Shown here: positions 16,276-25,380 of the stretch, piece after piece
Layout of the letters: each line of letters begins with the position of its first letter
How positions within the stretch are numbered: the stretch's first letter is position 1
Source of the DNA: Candidatus Bipolaricaulia bacterium
GTDB lineage: Bacteria > Bipolaricaulota > Bipolaricaulia > JBHIAT01
DNA length: 26,980 nucleotides
Reading direction: 5' to 3'
Assembly: GCA_046758705.1 (NCBI GenBank)
Contig: JBHIAT010000031.1
Span: forward strand, 1-26,980
Notes under the pieces: generated by a model
The model's input: the letters and a program-made list of their open reading frames with translations, nothing else
Told to the model about the DNA's origin: nothing
Databases searched by the model: none
Made by a program: the position numbers and the translations under genes

Positions 16276-18687
16276 ATGAACGCCACCAAGATGCTCAGTC
16301 TCCCGGCTCTCAAACGGGCGCTGACCACCCTGTTTATCTTCACCCTGCCGCCGTTGATCTACTTCGGGAACACCTCCTACGGGTATACCAAGGCGATCTT
16401 CGCCCTGGTCGGTATCTCGATCCTGTTGGTGGTCTGGGGGATCGAGATGGTGATGGTGAACGGAAGAGGGAAGAGGAAAGGGAAGGGGAGAAGCAACGGA
16501 TATCGGTTCAACAAGACGGAGCTGTTTCTGCCCGCGCTGCTGCTGATCCTGGCGCTGACGGTCTCGGCGGTGGTCAATGCGAGCTTCGGCAATGCCAACC
16601 TCGGCTTGGGTCTTGAGAGTCTGGGTCTGATCGTCTACTACCTGCTGCTCTACCTGGTGGTGGCGAACCTGGTGACCCGTCGCAGCGATCTGCTGCTCAT
16701 CCTCGGCAGCCTGTTCGCGTCGGCCGTGCTCGTCTCCAGCTACGGGCTGCTCCAGTACTACGGCTTCGAGATCTTCCCCTATCCCTTCCGGCGCATCTCC
16801 GGGGGGCCGAGTGCGATGATCTCGACGTTGGGCAACCGGAACTTTCTCGCCGGCTTTCTCGCGTACCTGGTGATCCCGTCGTTGATTCTGCTGTTCAGCG
16901 TCAGACGGAGGATCTCGAAGGCATTGGTGCTGCTCGGCGTCACTGTGATCTACACGACGTTGTTCGCCACCCACGCACGCGGGCCGTTGATGGGGTTGAT
17001 CGCTGGGGGGATCTTCTTCATCGGCGGGCTGGCCTTCTTGAAGGTTCGGAAACCGTTGCGGGTCAATTGGAGGTGGACGACCGCGCTCATCGTCTTGCTG
17101 ATCGGGGCCACCGCCCTGTTCTGGAGCCCAAACTCGCTGAACCGAAGCCGCAGGTCGGCCACTCAGGAGATCACTACCGCCTTCGACGCCGGTTCGGCCG
17201 ATACGAGAACCCGATTCTACGACTGGTGGGTCACCTGGGAGATGATCAAGGACGAGCCGATCATCGGGATCGGCCTCGGCAACTACAAGCGCGATTTTCT
17301 CTATTACAAAGCTCAGTTCATCGATACGGAGCGTGGAGCGCCCTATGCTGACTACTTCATCCACAAGGCCAATCAGGCACACAACGAATACGTGCAGGTG
17401 TGGGCAGAGACGGGGACGTTGGGTCTGCTAGCCACCGCCGCCGTCGTACTGCTGTTGTTTCGCACCAAGATCCGCGATGCGATCAAAGCGAAGTCCGAGC
17501 AGGATCGACTGGTCCTCTGGGGGTTGCTCTCCGGGGTCGTTGCCCTATTCGCTCACGCGACGGTCAGCTTTCCGTTGCACCTGCCCGCCTCCTCGCTCGC
17601 CTTGGTGGTCATCCTCGGGCTGCTTCACTCCAGATACTTCATCGGTGAGCGGTATTCGGTCGAACTGAGCCGCCGTGGGGCCGGAGTGATCGCCGTCTTG
17701 CTCTTGTTCATAGCGGTCTCGGTGAGTTGGTTCGCCGCCCAGGACTTTATCAGTAATACCTACTTCAAGCGGGGGCGCGACCATTTCCTCGCGGGCGATC
17801 TGGCGGCAGCACAGCGTGACTACGAGGAGGCGCTCGACCTCGAATTTCAGCCGTCGGATCTGCTGTTTGCATTGGGTGTGATCGAGAGACGCAAGAATAA
17901 TCTTGAGGCAAGTGAGTTTTACTTCAACAGCTCTCTGGACGCGTTCACCGATGTTAACACATTCCTCAACCTCGGTCTGATCCAGCGAAAACGGGGCGAC
18001 CTCCAGGATGACCAGGCTCTGGCCCGAGAATACTATCTGGAGGCGATCCCCTACTTCGAACAGGCGATTGTCCTCGACCCCACTCACCTCGACGCGCGTT
18101 ATCTGAAGGCTCAGATGTTGCTGAAAGCTGGAGAGTTCGAGGCCGGGGCCGCGACATTGCAGGAACTCCTGGCCCGCGACCCTAGTTACGCCCGGGCCTA
18201 TATCGAGCTCGGCAACCTCTACCGGTTTCAGGCCAACCGTCACACCGAAGCCGGGAATCTCCAGGTCGCTGATGCCCTCCTGAAGGAGGCCACCGTCAGT
18301 TACCGCGAAGCGCTGAAGGTGATCGAAAGAAAGGTTCAGGATCTCCGTGAGCGATTCCAGGGAAGAACTCTAGCGCCCAGTGCATACAACCAGGTGATGG
18401 GGGAGATCGACTCGCTGGGGAGGATGTACGTGGACGGCCAGATCAGATTAGGGGACCTCTACGTCCGTCGGGCCGAGGTCACGGCCGATGCCGAAACCGC
18501 CACCGCCCGCCAGGATCGGGCGATCGCCAGCTACCGTGCCGCCCTGACGGCCGTCGAAGGCCAACTCCGGGACTTTCTCAGGCGTTACGAAGCAGGACGG
18601 TTGCGGCGCGAGGAATATCAAGCGGCTCAGGCAGACCTTGAGAAGACACGGGAGCGCATCCTGGAGCGGCTGGAAAGGTTAAAGTAA
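16276..18687 (+). CDS. O-antigen ligase / O-oligosaccharyltransferase-like (Wzy_C) membrane protein with C-terminal TPR repeats
   Basis: Many TM helices; YGLLQYYG, STLGNRNFLAG, ARG, WEMIKDEPIIGIGLGNY, QAHNEYVQVWAETGTLG; TPR-like helices after about aa 500. ATG 16276 preferred over GTG 16207. Confidence 0.85.
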   Translation: MNATKMLSLPALKRALTTLFIFTLPPLIYFGNTSYGYTKAIFALVGISILLVVWGIEMVMVNGRGKRKGKGRSNGYRFNKTELFLPALLLILALTVSAVVNASFGNANLGLGLESLGLIVYYLLLYLVVANLVTRRSDLLLILGSLFASAVLVSSYGLLQYYGFEIFPYPFRRISGGPSAMISTLGNRNFLAGFLAYLVIPSLILLFSVRRRISKALVLLGVTVIYTTLFATHARGPLMGLIAGGIFFIGGLAFLKVRKPLRVNWRWTTALIVLLIGATALFWSPNSLNRSRRSATQEITTAFDAGSADTRTRFYDWWVTWEMIKDEPIIGIGLGNYKRDFLYYKAQFIDTERGAPYADYFIHKANQAHNEYVQVWAETGTLGLLATAAVVLLLFRTKIRDAIKAKSEQDRLVLWGLLSGVVALFAHATVSFPLHLPASSLALVVILGLLHSRYFIGERYSVELSRRGAGVIAVLLLFIAVSVSWFAAQDFISNTYFKRGRDHFLAGDLAAAQRDYEEALDLEFQPSDLLFALGVIERRKNNLEASEFYFNSSLDAFTDVNTFLNLGLIQRKRGDLQDDQALAREYYLEAIPYFEQAIVLDPTHLDARYLKAQMLLKAGEFEAGAATLQELLARDPSYARAYIELGNLYRFQANRHTEAGNLQVADALLKEATVSYREALKVIERKVQDLRERFQGRTLAPSAYNQVMGEIDSLGRMYVDGQIRLGDLYVRRAEVTADAETATARQDRAIASYRAALTAVEGQLRDFLRRYEAGRLRREEYQAAQADLEKTRERILERLERLK

Positions 18688-18712
18688 GTAGTCAGCTATC
18701 AGCTCTTATAAA

Positions 18713-19339
18713 TCAAGAAGCCGTTTTTACCGGCACCCGCGCCTCGATGACCCGATCGATGAGCCCGTACTCGTTTGCCTCCTGAGGTGACATGAAGTAG
18801 TCTCGATCGGTGTCCTGCTGCACCTGCTCCAGATCTTGCCCGGTGTGTCTGGTCAGGATCTCGTTGATCACCTGCTTGTAGCGCAATACCTCTCGGGCCT
18901 GGATGTCGATGTCGCTGGGCGCACCTCCCAGGCCATAGGCACTTCCCTGATGGATCATGATTCTCGAATGGGGCAGCGCTTGGCGTTTGCCTGGGGTGCC
19001 CGCGGCCAACAGCACCGCCCCCATCGACGCCGCCTGGCCGATGCAGATCGTGGTGACGTCGCACTGGACGTACTGCATGGTGTCATAGATCGCCAAGCCT
19101 GAGGTGACCGACCCGCCGGGGGTGTTGATGTAAAGCTTGATATCTTTCTCCGGGTCTTTGGCTTCCAGGTAGAGCATCTGGGCGATGATCAGGTTGGCAA
19201 CGGTGTCTTCGACCACATATCCCAGGAAGACGATGCGATCCTCCAACAGCCGGGAGTAGATGTCGTAAGCCCGGTCGTAGCGGCCGGTGTTGTCGATCAC
19301 CGTCGGGATCGGTATCTGGACCGGTCTTTGGAATTTCAT
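18713..19339 (-). CDS. clpP: ATP-dependent Clp protease proteolytic subunit
   Basis: [31 protein letters not shown] (catalytic Ser), IMIHQ (catalytic His), DRDYFMS. Confidence 0.96.
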   Translation of the reverse strand: MKFQRPVQIPIPTVIDNTGRYDRAYDIYSRLLEDRIVFLGYVVEDTVANLIIAQMLYLEAKDPEKDIKLYINTPGGSVTSGLAIYDTMQYVQCDVTTICIGQAASMGAVLLAAGTPGKRQALPHSRIMIHQGSAYGLGGAPSDIDIQAREVLRYKQVINEILTRHTGQDLEQVQQDTDRDYFMSPQEANEYGLIDRVIEARVPVKTAS

Positions 19340-20661
19340 TCTTCCGTAGTTCCCTCCTTCTGCTCCTGTTCCGCCTCCGGCACCGGGGCCGGGACGATCT
19401 TCGCCTGTTCGTAGAGGAAGTCCAGGATGCGCTCGGTCTCCTTGCGCCTTTGGAAGCGCTCGAGTTCCTCGGGCTTCGCCCGCATCTCATTCTTGAACTT
19501 GATCGGGTTCTGGTCGAGACGCACCGCCTCCTTCTCGATCAGGTCGTCGAGGGCCGGGCCGGAGAGCTCCAATCCTTCGGCCTTCTTGATCGTCTCTAAC
19601 ACGAGCTCCCGCTTGATCTGAAGTTCTGCCTGTTCCCGGTAGTCGCCCGCGACCGTCTCCTCGGTTGTCTCCTCCTGCTCTAAGAACTCCTCGAACGAGG
19701 AGTAGGCGGTCGCGGAGTAGCCGATCATCTGTTTCAGATCCTCAAGGTCCTGCTTGGCCATCCCATCCCGCAACCGCTCGGGGACATTGATCTCAGTCAT
19801 CTCGACGATCTTGTCCAAGAGCTTGAGCTGCATCTCCGCCCGCTGCCGCTCCCGGGTGCTCACTTCAAGGTCGTCCCGGATCGCCCGCGTGAGCGCTTCC
19901 AGGTGCTCATAGCCGTGATCCACGGCGAACGCATTATCCAGTTCAGGCAGCTCGACCCGCTTGAGCGAGACAAGTTTCACCCGGCTGCGGTAAGTCTCTT
20001 CTCCGAGTTGGAGCTCGATCTCCCGCTCGTCGCCAACCCGCATCCCCATCAGTTGCTTGCCGAACCGGCTGTCTTCCGAGACCACCAGTTCACGCTCCTC
20101 GGTCTTCCCCGGTTCGTCATCGAGAACCATCTGTTCTTGGATGAGCATGACGTCGCCGTCTTCGACAACCTCCCCCACCGCTTTGGGGACGGTCCAGCCG
20201 TGGGCGCGTCGCAGCCGCTCCAGGGCGGCCTCGAGCTCCGATTCCTCGATCGGCTGGAGGGGAATCTCCTCGATCTCCACTCCCTGGTAGTCCGCGACTT
20301 GGATCTCCGGGAGGATCTCAACCGTCACCTCGAACCGGAACGGCTTCCCTTCCTCAAACTCGATGACCTCGAACTCGGGCTCGGCGACCGGTTCCAGCTC
20401 CAACTCCTCGAGCACCTGGGGCAGATGCTCGTTGACCAGTCGGGCTTGAGCATCCTCATAGAAGAAATCCTTGCCGAATCTCGCCTCCAGGAAGCTCCGT
20501 GGGATCCTTCCCCGGCGGAAGCCGGGGATCTCCATCTCCCGGACCGCCTCCCGGTAGATGGTCTCGATCATCTTGTCCACGAACTCCGCCGGCAATTCGA
20601 CCTTGATCAGGCACTCACTGGCGCTCTGCTGTTCGACCTCGGTCTTCGCTCTTGTCGCTAT
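19336..20661 (-). CDS. tig: Trigger factor, probable ATA start
   Basis: Ribosome-binding motif [31 protein letters not shown]. Similarity begins at [11 protein letters not shown], whose ATA (20661) follows SD GGGGGGAGGG just after the hflC stop. Confidence 0.9.
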   Translation of the reverse strand: MATRAKTEVEQQSASECLIKVELPAEFVDKMIETIYREAVREMEIPGFRRGRIPRSFLEARFGKDFFYEDAQARLVNEHLPQVLEELELEPVAEPEFEVIEFEEGKPFRFEVTVEILPEIQVADYQGVEIEEIPLQPIEESELEAALERLRRAHGWTVPKAVGEVVEDGDVMLIQEQMVLDDEPGKTEERELVVSEDSRFGKQLMGMRVGDEREIELQLGEETYRSRVKLVSLKRVELPELDNAFAVDHGYEHLEALTRAIRDDLEVSTRERQRAEMQLKLLDKIVEMTEINVPERLRDGMAKQDLEDLKQMIGYSATAYSSFEEFLEQEETTEETVAGDYREQAELQIKRELVLETIKKAEGLELSGPALDDLIEKEAVRLDQNPIKFKNEMRAKPEELERFQRRKETERILDFLYEQAKIVPAPVPEAEQEQKEGTTEE

Positions 20662-20680
20662 AGGCTTTCCCTCCCCCCGT

Positions 20681-21574
20681 CTACTCCCTTGCCGCTTCAG
20701 TCGGCTCCAACGGCACCAGTTGATTGCTATCGAAGAACCGCAGGTAGTCGGCGTCGGTCGAGATGACCACGGTCGTCCCGTCGGCGAACGACCGCTTATA
20801 GGACTCCAGGCTCCGCCAGAATTGATAGAACTCGGGGTTCTGGCTGTAGGCGTTTGCGTAAGTGACCAGCGCTTGGGCGTCGGCCTCGCCGCGACGCTCC
20901 TCGGCCCGACGGTTGGCTTCGGCCAGGATCTTGGCCCGGTCGGCATCGGCCTTAGAACGGATCTGCAGCCCCTGCTCATCCCCCTCAGCCCGGAGTTGCG
21001 CGGCCGCCTGCTCCCGTTCGGAGCGCATCCGGGCATAGACGTCCTGCTCAACCTCGCGGGGCAGGTCGGCCCGCTTCACCTGAACGTCGATGACCGCCAT
21101 GCCGAAGTCATGGACCTGATTGTCGGTCAGGTCGGTCACCAGGGCCAGAAATTCCAGCCGCTGCACCGAGATGATGTCGGCAAGCGTATGCCTCGCCAGG
21201 ACGTCCCGGATGTTCGAAAAGACGACGTCGTCAAGTCGGGACTGCGCGAGGCGGAGATCTCCTCGCAACTTCTCGACAAACAGCTTCGGGTCTTCAATCC
21301 GCCACAGGGCGTAGTTGTCGATCCGTAGCCGGCGCTGGTCGGCGGTGATGATCTCCTTAGGCTGGATGTCGTAGTTGAGCAGCCGATCCTCCAGAAAGAT
21401 GATCTGATCGACGAACGGCAGCCTGAAGTTCAGCCCCGGCTCGGTGGTGACACGTACCACCTCGCCAAACCGCTTGACGACCGCCGTCTGGGTCTCGTCG
21501 ACGGCGAACGTGAACAGGTTATAGAGGATCACCAGCACGATGATCCCGATCCCGAAGATCAGAGCGTTTCTCAT
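20681..21574 (-). CDS. hflC: FtsH modulator HflC (SPFH domain)
   Basis: N-terminal TM, VDETQTAVVKRFG, IDNYALWRI, DVQVKRADLP, RMRSERE, GEADA, PEFYQFWRSLESY. Confidence 0.95.
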   Translation of the reverse strand: MRNALIFGIGIIVLVILYNLFTFAVDETQTAVVKRFGEVVRVTTEPGLNFRLPFVDQIIFLEDRLLNYDIQPKEIITADQRRLRIDNYALWRIEDPKLFVEKLRGDLRLAQSRLDDVVFSNIRDVLARHTLADIISVQRLEFLALVTDLTDNQVHDFGMAVIDVQVKRADLPREVEQDVYARMRSEREQAAAQLRAEGDEQGLQIRSKADADRAKILAEANRRAEERRGEADAQALVTYANAYSQNPEFYQFWRSLESYKRSFADGTTVVISTDADYLRFFDSNQLVPLEPTEAARE

Positions 21575-22698
21575 CGCTCACCACCGCCCTCGACAAACCG
21601 ATCCAGATCGAGGAACTGCAACAGGCCGCCCCCCTGGGACCCTTGGGTGAGGATCAGCTTGCGCATCCCGGGGAGGATCTCCTCCAGCGCCTCGATGTAC
21701 AGGCGCGCCTCGGTCACCCGCCGGCTGCCCAACTCGTACTGGGCCAACACCTGCTCGAACCGGGCCACGTCCCCCTTAGCCCGGTTGATCCGCTCCTGGA
21801 AGTAGCCCTCCGCTTGGTTCAGAATCTGCTGGGCCTGTCCCCGGGCCTTGGGGAGGATGTCGTTCTGGTAGCGGTTCGCCTCGTTGATCTTTCGATCCCT
21901 GTCCTGTCGGGCGCTGTTGACGTCGTCGAACGCCGCCGCCACCGGTGACGGCGGTTTGACGTCCTGGAGCTTGACGTTGACAACCCGGATGCCGATTTCG
22001 TAGCTGTCAAGCAGTTCCTGAAGGACATCTTGGGTCTCGGCAGCGATCGCATCCCGCTCGGTGGTCAACGCCTCGTCCAGGTTCCGGATGGCCACCTGCC
22101 CGCGGAGCACCGACTCCGCCGCCTGCTTGACCACCTGATCGGCCACCCCGATCCCCTCCACGGGCTGCTGGCTCAGGTTGTCGATCATGTTAAATGCGAA
22201 CGCCTCGGGCTCAAGCACTTCATACTGGATGACGACCTCGGTGTGGACGATGTTGTTGTCGCCGGTGAGCATCAACGCCTCCTCGGGGATCTCCCGGTAG
22301 CGGGGATTCGGGGGAGGGACGATCGTCCGGAACCCGACCTCCTCCTTTCGCACCGACAGCTTATCTACGGTAACGACCGTCTCAAACGGCCATGGTAAGC
22401 GATAGTGAAGCCCCGGACCGGTCTCCTTCACAAGCTGGCCGAACCGTTTGACCAACCCAATCTCAGACGGATCGACGGTGTAGATCCCTCTGATCAGCCA
22501 GATCAAAACGACGATGCCGATAATCAGCCAGCCGGTCCAGTTTCCCAGCTCATCTAGCCGTCTGCGCCACTGGTCCCCACTGCTGTCACCGCTGTCACCG
22601 CTGTCACCGCTGTCACCGCTGTCACCGCCGCCGCGGCCCAGCTCCCGGTCCCGCTCTCGCTCCGCTCGTTCCAGTTGTTCGAAGAAATCTTTGGCCAT
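21571..22698 (-). CDS. hflK: FtsH modulator HflK (SPFH domain)
   Basis: ATG 22698 after SD GAGGAGGG. PGLHYRLPWPFE, MLTGDNNIV, AAFDDVNSARQD, PKARGQA, RLYIEALEEIL. Confidence 0.95.
   Translation of the reverse strand: MAKDFFEQLERAERERDRELGRGGGDSGDSGDSGDSGDSSGDQWRRRLDELGNWTGWLIIGIVVLIWLIRGIYTVDPSEIGLVKRFGQLVKETGPGLHYRLPWPFETVVTVDKLSVRKEEVGFRTIVPPPNPRYREIPEEALMLTGDNNIVHTEVVIQYEVLEPEAFAFNMIDNLSQQPVEGIGVADQVVKQAAESVLRGQVAIRNLDEALTTERDAIAAETQDVLQELLDSYEIGIRVVNVKLQDVKPPSPVAAAFDDVNSARQDRDRKINEANRYQNDILPKARGQAQQILNQAEGYFQERINRAKGDVARFEQVLAQYELGSRRVTEARLYIEALEEILPGMRKLILTQGSQGGGLLQFLDLDRFVEGGGER
22582..22626 (-). repeat. 9-nt tandem repeat, 5 copies, in hflK, encoding (GDS)5
   Basis: GCTGTCACC occurs five times in perfect tandem on the + strand. 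Confidence 0.95.
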
Positions 22699-22730
22699 TA
22701 GATCCCCCTCCTCTAATTCAACACATGTTG

Positions 22731-22760
22731 ATTGTATCAAAAACCGGGTCCGGGATTCAA
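22731..22760 (-). promoter_or_regulatory. Putative promoter for hflK-hflC-tig-clpP
   Basis: Minus strand TTGAAT-18 nt-TACAAT with extended TG. Confidence 0.5.
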
Positions 22761-22775
22761 TGCAACGGGGTCATC

Positions 22776-22805
22776 TTGACATCGGACGTTCGGCTCTGAT
22801 AGGAT
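22776..22805 (+). promoter_or_regulatory. Putative promoter for the guaA operon
   Basis: TTGACA-18 nt-TAGGAT with extended TG, just upstream of ATG 22817. Confidence 0.45.
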
Positions 22806-22816
22806 GGGAGCATCTT

Positions 22817-24349
22817 ATGGATACGGTTTGGATCGTCGACTTTGGCTCTCAATACACGAGGCTCATTCTCAAAACGGTCCGGGAACTGGGGGTGTACGCC
22901 CGGATCATCGAGCCCGATCGGTTTGCCGATCAGGGCGTAAGGGAGCGGGAGCGGCCGATTGGGCTTATCCTGTCCGGCGGACCGGGAAGCGTCCGGGAGG
23001 CGGATGCGCCGCGACTCGATCCTGAGCTTTACCGGCTTGGGATCCCGATCCTCGGCATCTGTTACGGGATGCAGTTGATGGCGGACGAGTTCGGTGGCCG
23101 CGTCGTCTCAGGGGAGACCGGAGAGTTCGGCACGAGCGAGATCGAGGTGATCGATCCCAACGGGCTCCTCGACGGGCTGGAGCAGCAGGAGACGGTCTGG
23201 ATGAGTCACGGGGACGCCGTCTCCCAGCTCCCCCCGGGGGTTGTCTCGTTAGCCCGGTCCCGAGGCATGCCCGCGGCGATGGCCGACCCACGGCGGCGGA
23301 TCTACGGACTTCAGTTCCATCCGGAGGTGGCCCATACCCCTCGAGGCAAGCGGATACTGAAAAATTTTCTGTTCGGGATCTGCGGTGCCCGTGGCGACTG
23401 GACCCCGGAACACGATCTCGAGAGGCGGATCGCGTCCCTACGGGAGGCGATCACGGGCCGGCGGGCGATCATCGGACTCTCTGGAGGCGTGGACTCGACG
23501 ACGGCCGCCACGCTGGTCGGCCGGGCGATCGGGGATCGATTGGTTCCAATCTTCGTTGATACCGGGTTGCTGAGGCTCGGAGACCGAGAGCGGATCGCGC
23601 AGCTGTCGACGACCTTGAAGCTGAGGACGCGGTTCGTCGACGCCCAGCCCCGGTTCCTCAAAGCGCTCCACGGCGTCTACGACCCGGAGGAGAAGCGCAA
23701 GATCATCGGAGAGCTGTTCATCCGGATCTTCGAGGCAGAGGCGCGCCAAGAACAGGCCGATCTGCTCGTCCAGGGCACGATCTACTCCGACGTGATCGAA
23801 AGCGCCGGGGCCCAGGGGGCCGCCCGAATCAAGAGTCATCACAATGTGGGCGGTCTGCCGGAACGGATCGATCTTGCGATCGTCGAACCGCTGCGCGATC
23901 TGTTTAAGGATGAGGTCCGTCAGCTCGCCAAGGCCTTGGGTATCCCTGATGCGATCATCCGGGAGCCACCGTTCCCCGGTCCGGGCCTAGCGGTCCGAGT
24001 GCTCGGCGAGGTGACCGCGGAGCAATTGGGGGTGTTGCGACAGGTCGACCGGATCGTGCGGGCGGAGGTGGAGGCCGATGACGAAGATGTGGCCGAGGAT
24101 CTGTGGCAGTATTTCCCGGTGCTCCTCCCGATCCGGAGCACCGGAGTAGTCGGCGATGCGCCGGAGTACGGGCATGTGATCGCCCTGCGGGCGGTCACCA
24201 GTCGGGAGGGGATGACAGCCGATTGGGCCCGGTTGTCCTATGACCTCCTGGAGCGAATCTCTTCGCGAATCACAAACGAGGTCCGGTCGGTCACCCGCAT
24301 CGTCTACGACATCACCTCGAAACCCCCGGGGACGATCGAATGGGAATAA
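22817..24349 (+). CDS. guaA: GMP synthase (glutamine-hydrolysing)
   Basis: DFGSQYT, LGICYGMQ, WMSHGD, QFHPEV, SGGVDS, IKSHHNVGGLP, PFPGPGL, KPPGTIEWE. Start trimmed to ATG 22817 (SD GGGAG). Confidence 0.97.
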   Translation: MDTVWIVDFGSQYTRLILKTVRELGVYARIIEPDRFADQGVRERERPIGLILSGGPGSVREADAPRLDPELYRLGIPILGICYGMQLMADEFGGRVVSGETGEFGTSEIEVIDPNGLLDGLEQQETVWMSHGDAVSQLPPGVVSLARSRGMPAAMADPRRRIYGLQFHPEVAHTPRGKRILKNFLFGICGARGDWTPEHDLERRIASLREAITGRRAIIGLSGGVDSTTAATLVGRAIGDRLVPIFVDTGLLRLGDRERIAQLSTTLKLRTRFVDAQPRFLKALHGVYDPEEKRKIIGELFIRIFEAEARQEQADLLVQGTIYSDVIESAGAQGAARIKSHHNVGGLPERIDLAIVEPLRDLFKDEVRQLAKALGIPDAIIREPPFPGPGLAVRVLGEVTAEQLGVLRQVDRIVRAEVEADDEDVAEDLWQYFPVLLPIRSTGVVGDAPEYGHVIALRAVTSREGMTADWARLSYDLLERISSRITNEVRSVTRIVYDITSKPPGTIEWE

Positions 24350-25380
24350 ACCTAAACCCAGCAAAATGGCGAAGAGGTTATACCTTTGTGCTATCGGTCC
24401 TGGTCGGCGTGGCCATCGTCCTGATCATCTTACAATACGTCGGCTGGGGGAACGTGGTCCGCGAGTTCACCGCGCTCGGCTGGTTGGGGTTCCTCGCCTT
24501 CACCGTCGACATCACCCTGACCATCCTGCTCTGGACGCTGAGCTGGCGGATCATTCTGAACGCCTACGGCATCCGGCGTCCCTGGAGCCGCGTCTTTCAG
24601 GCGCGGTTGAGTGGATTTGCAATCACCTACCTCACCCCGTCGCTCTACCTCGGCGGGGAGCCGGTGCGCGCCTATCTGCTCGCCGACGAACGAAGCTCCC
24701 CGGCCCGGTTACTTGCGACGGTGATCGTCGAGCGGTTCCTGGCCGGGCTCAGCCTGATCTGCTTCATCTACCTGGGGATCTTCCACTTGATCGCCTCAGA
24801 AACACTTCCATTCAGCCAGAAGTCGCTGATTCTTCTCGCTGTGTTCAGTTTTAGTCTGATAAACCTATTGATATTCCTAAACTTCTCTCAAAAACGTCTA
24901 TGGTTTACCCGGCTCATGGCCGGGTTGCGCAAGTACCTTCCCGGGAAGCGGTTCCTGGAGCGAGCCGAGGAGGTCGCCCGTCAGATTGAAAACGATATCC
25001 ACAAGGCTTTCAAGCACCACGCCCGACAGACCCTGGTCGCATTCATCGTTCATCTGATCGCCACGTTCTTTATGTATCTGCGACCGCAGATCTTCTTCTA
25101 CTTCACCAAGGGGATCACGCTGTCGCTGGCCGAGCTGTCGCTCGTCTATCTGCTCAACTTCTTCCTGTCGGCGCTGTTGTGGATCACGCCGGGAGGGATC
25201 GGAGTCGCTGAGGGAGGGCAGATCGGGATCCTGAAGCTGGTGGGGATCGAGGAAGGCGGGGCGGTGGCGTTCGCATTCATGACCAAGGCCGTGGAGCTGT
25301 CGTTCGTGGGTCTGGGCATCCTATACATGGTCCGGATCGGCATGTTACACCGGTTCTTTAAGGAGAGGAGGTCATCATGA
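24340..25380 (+). CDS. Lysylphosphatidylglycerol synthase TM-region family (flippase-like) membrane protein
   Basis: Multi-TM; SWRIIL, YLTPSLYLGGEPVRAYLL, TVIVER, ITPGGIGVAEG. Confidence 0.82.
   Translation: MGINLNPAKWRRGYTFVLSVLVGVAIVLIILQYVGWGNVVREFTALGWLGFLAFTVDITLTILLWTLSWRIILNAYGIRRPWSRVFQARLSGFAITYLTPSLYLGGEPVRAYLLADERSSPARLLATVIVERFLAGLSLICFIYLGIFHLIASETLPFSQKSLILLAVFSFSLINLLIFLNFSQKRLWFTRLMAGLRKYLPGKRFLERAEEVARQIENDIHKAFKHHARQTLVAFIVHLIATFFMYLRPQIFFYFTKGITLSLAELSLVYLLNFFLSALLWITPGGIGVAEGGQIGILKLVGIEEGGAVAFAFMTKAVELSFVGLGILYMVRIGMLHRFFKERRSS

Noticed and set aside
16462-16492. Pure purine tract GGAAGAGGGAAGAGGAAAGGGAAGGGGAGAA
   Set aside because: It encodes a basic cytoplasmic loop (GRGKRKGKGR) between TM helices. 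No further evidence of a DNA-level function.
16249-17382. Long antisense ORFs (also 13024-13803, 8225-9073, 7845-8561, 1990-2829, 25146-26039, 19903-20766, 209-616)
   Set aside because: All lie opposite well-supported genes, have no recognisable motifs, and are expected from codon bias in GC-rich DNA.
20662-21051. 130-aa N-terminal extension of trigger factor in the 571-aa ORF
   Set aside because: It overlaps hflC in another frame, is Arg/Pro/Ser-rich shadow sequence, and similarity to trigger factor starts only at the SD-preceded ATA 20661.
15861-22626. Repeats as a CRISPR array, or as a diversity-generating retroelement template/variable pair
   Set aside because: The repeats are in-frame coding duplications without unique spacers. 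No cas or reverse transcriptase gene is in the window, and differences between copies are not confined to adenines.
22514-22816. N-terminal extension of GuaA with SPL repeats
   Set aside because: It is the antisense reading of the hflK GDS repeat and the intergenic region. The real start is ATG 22817.
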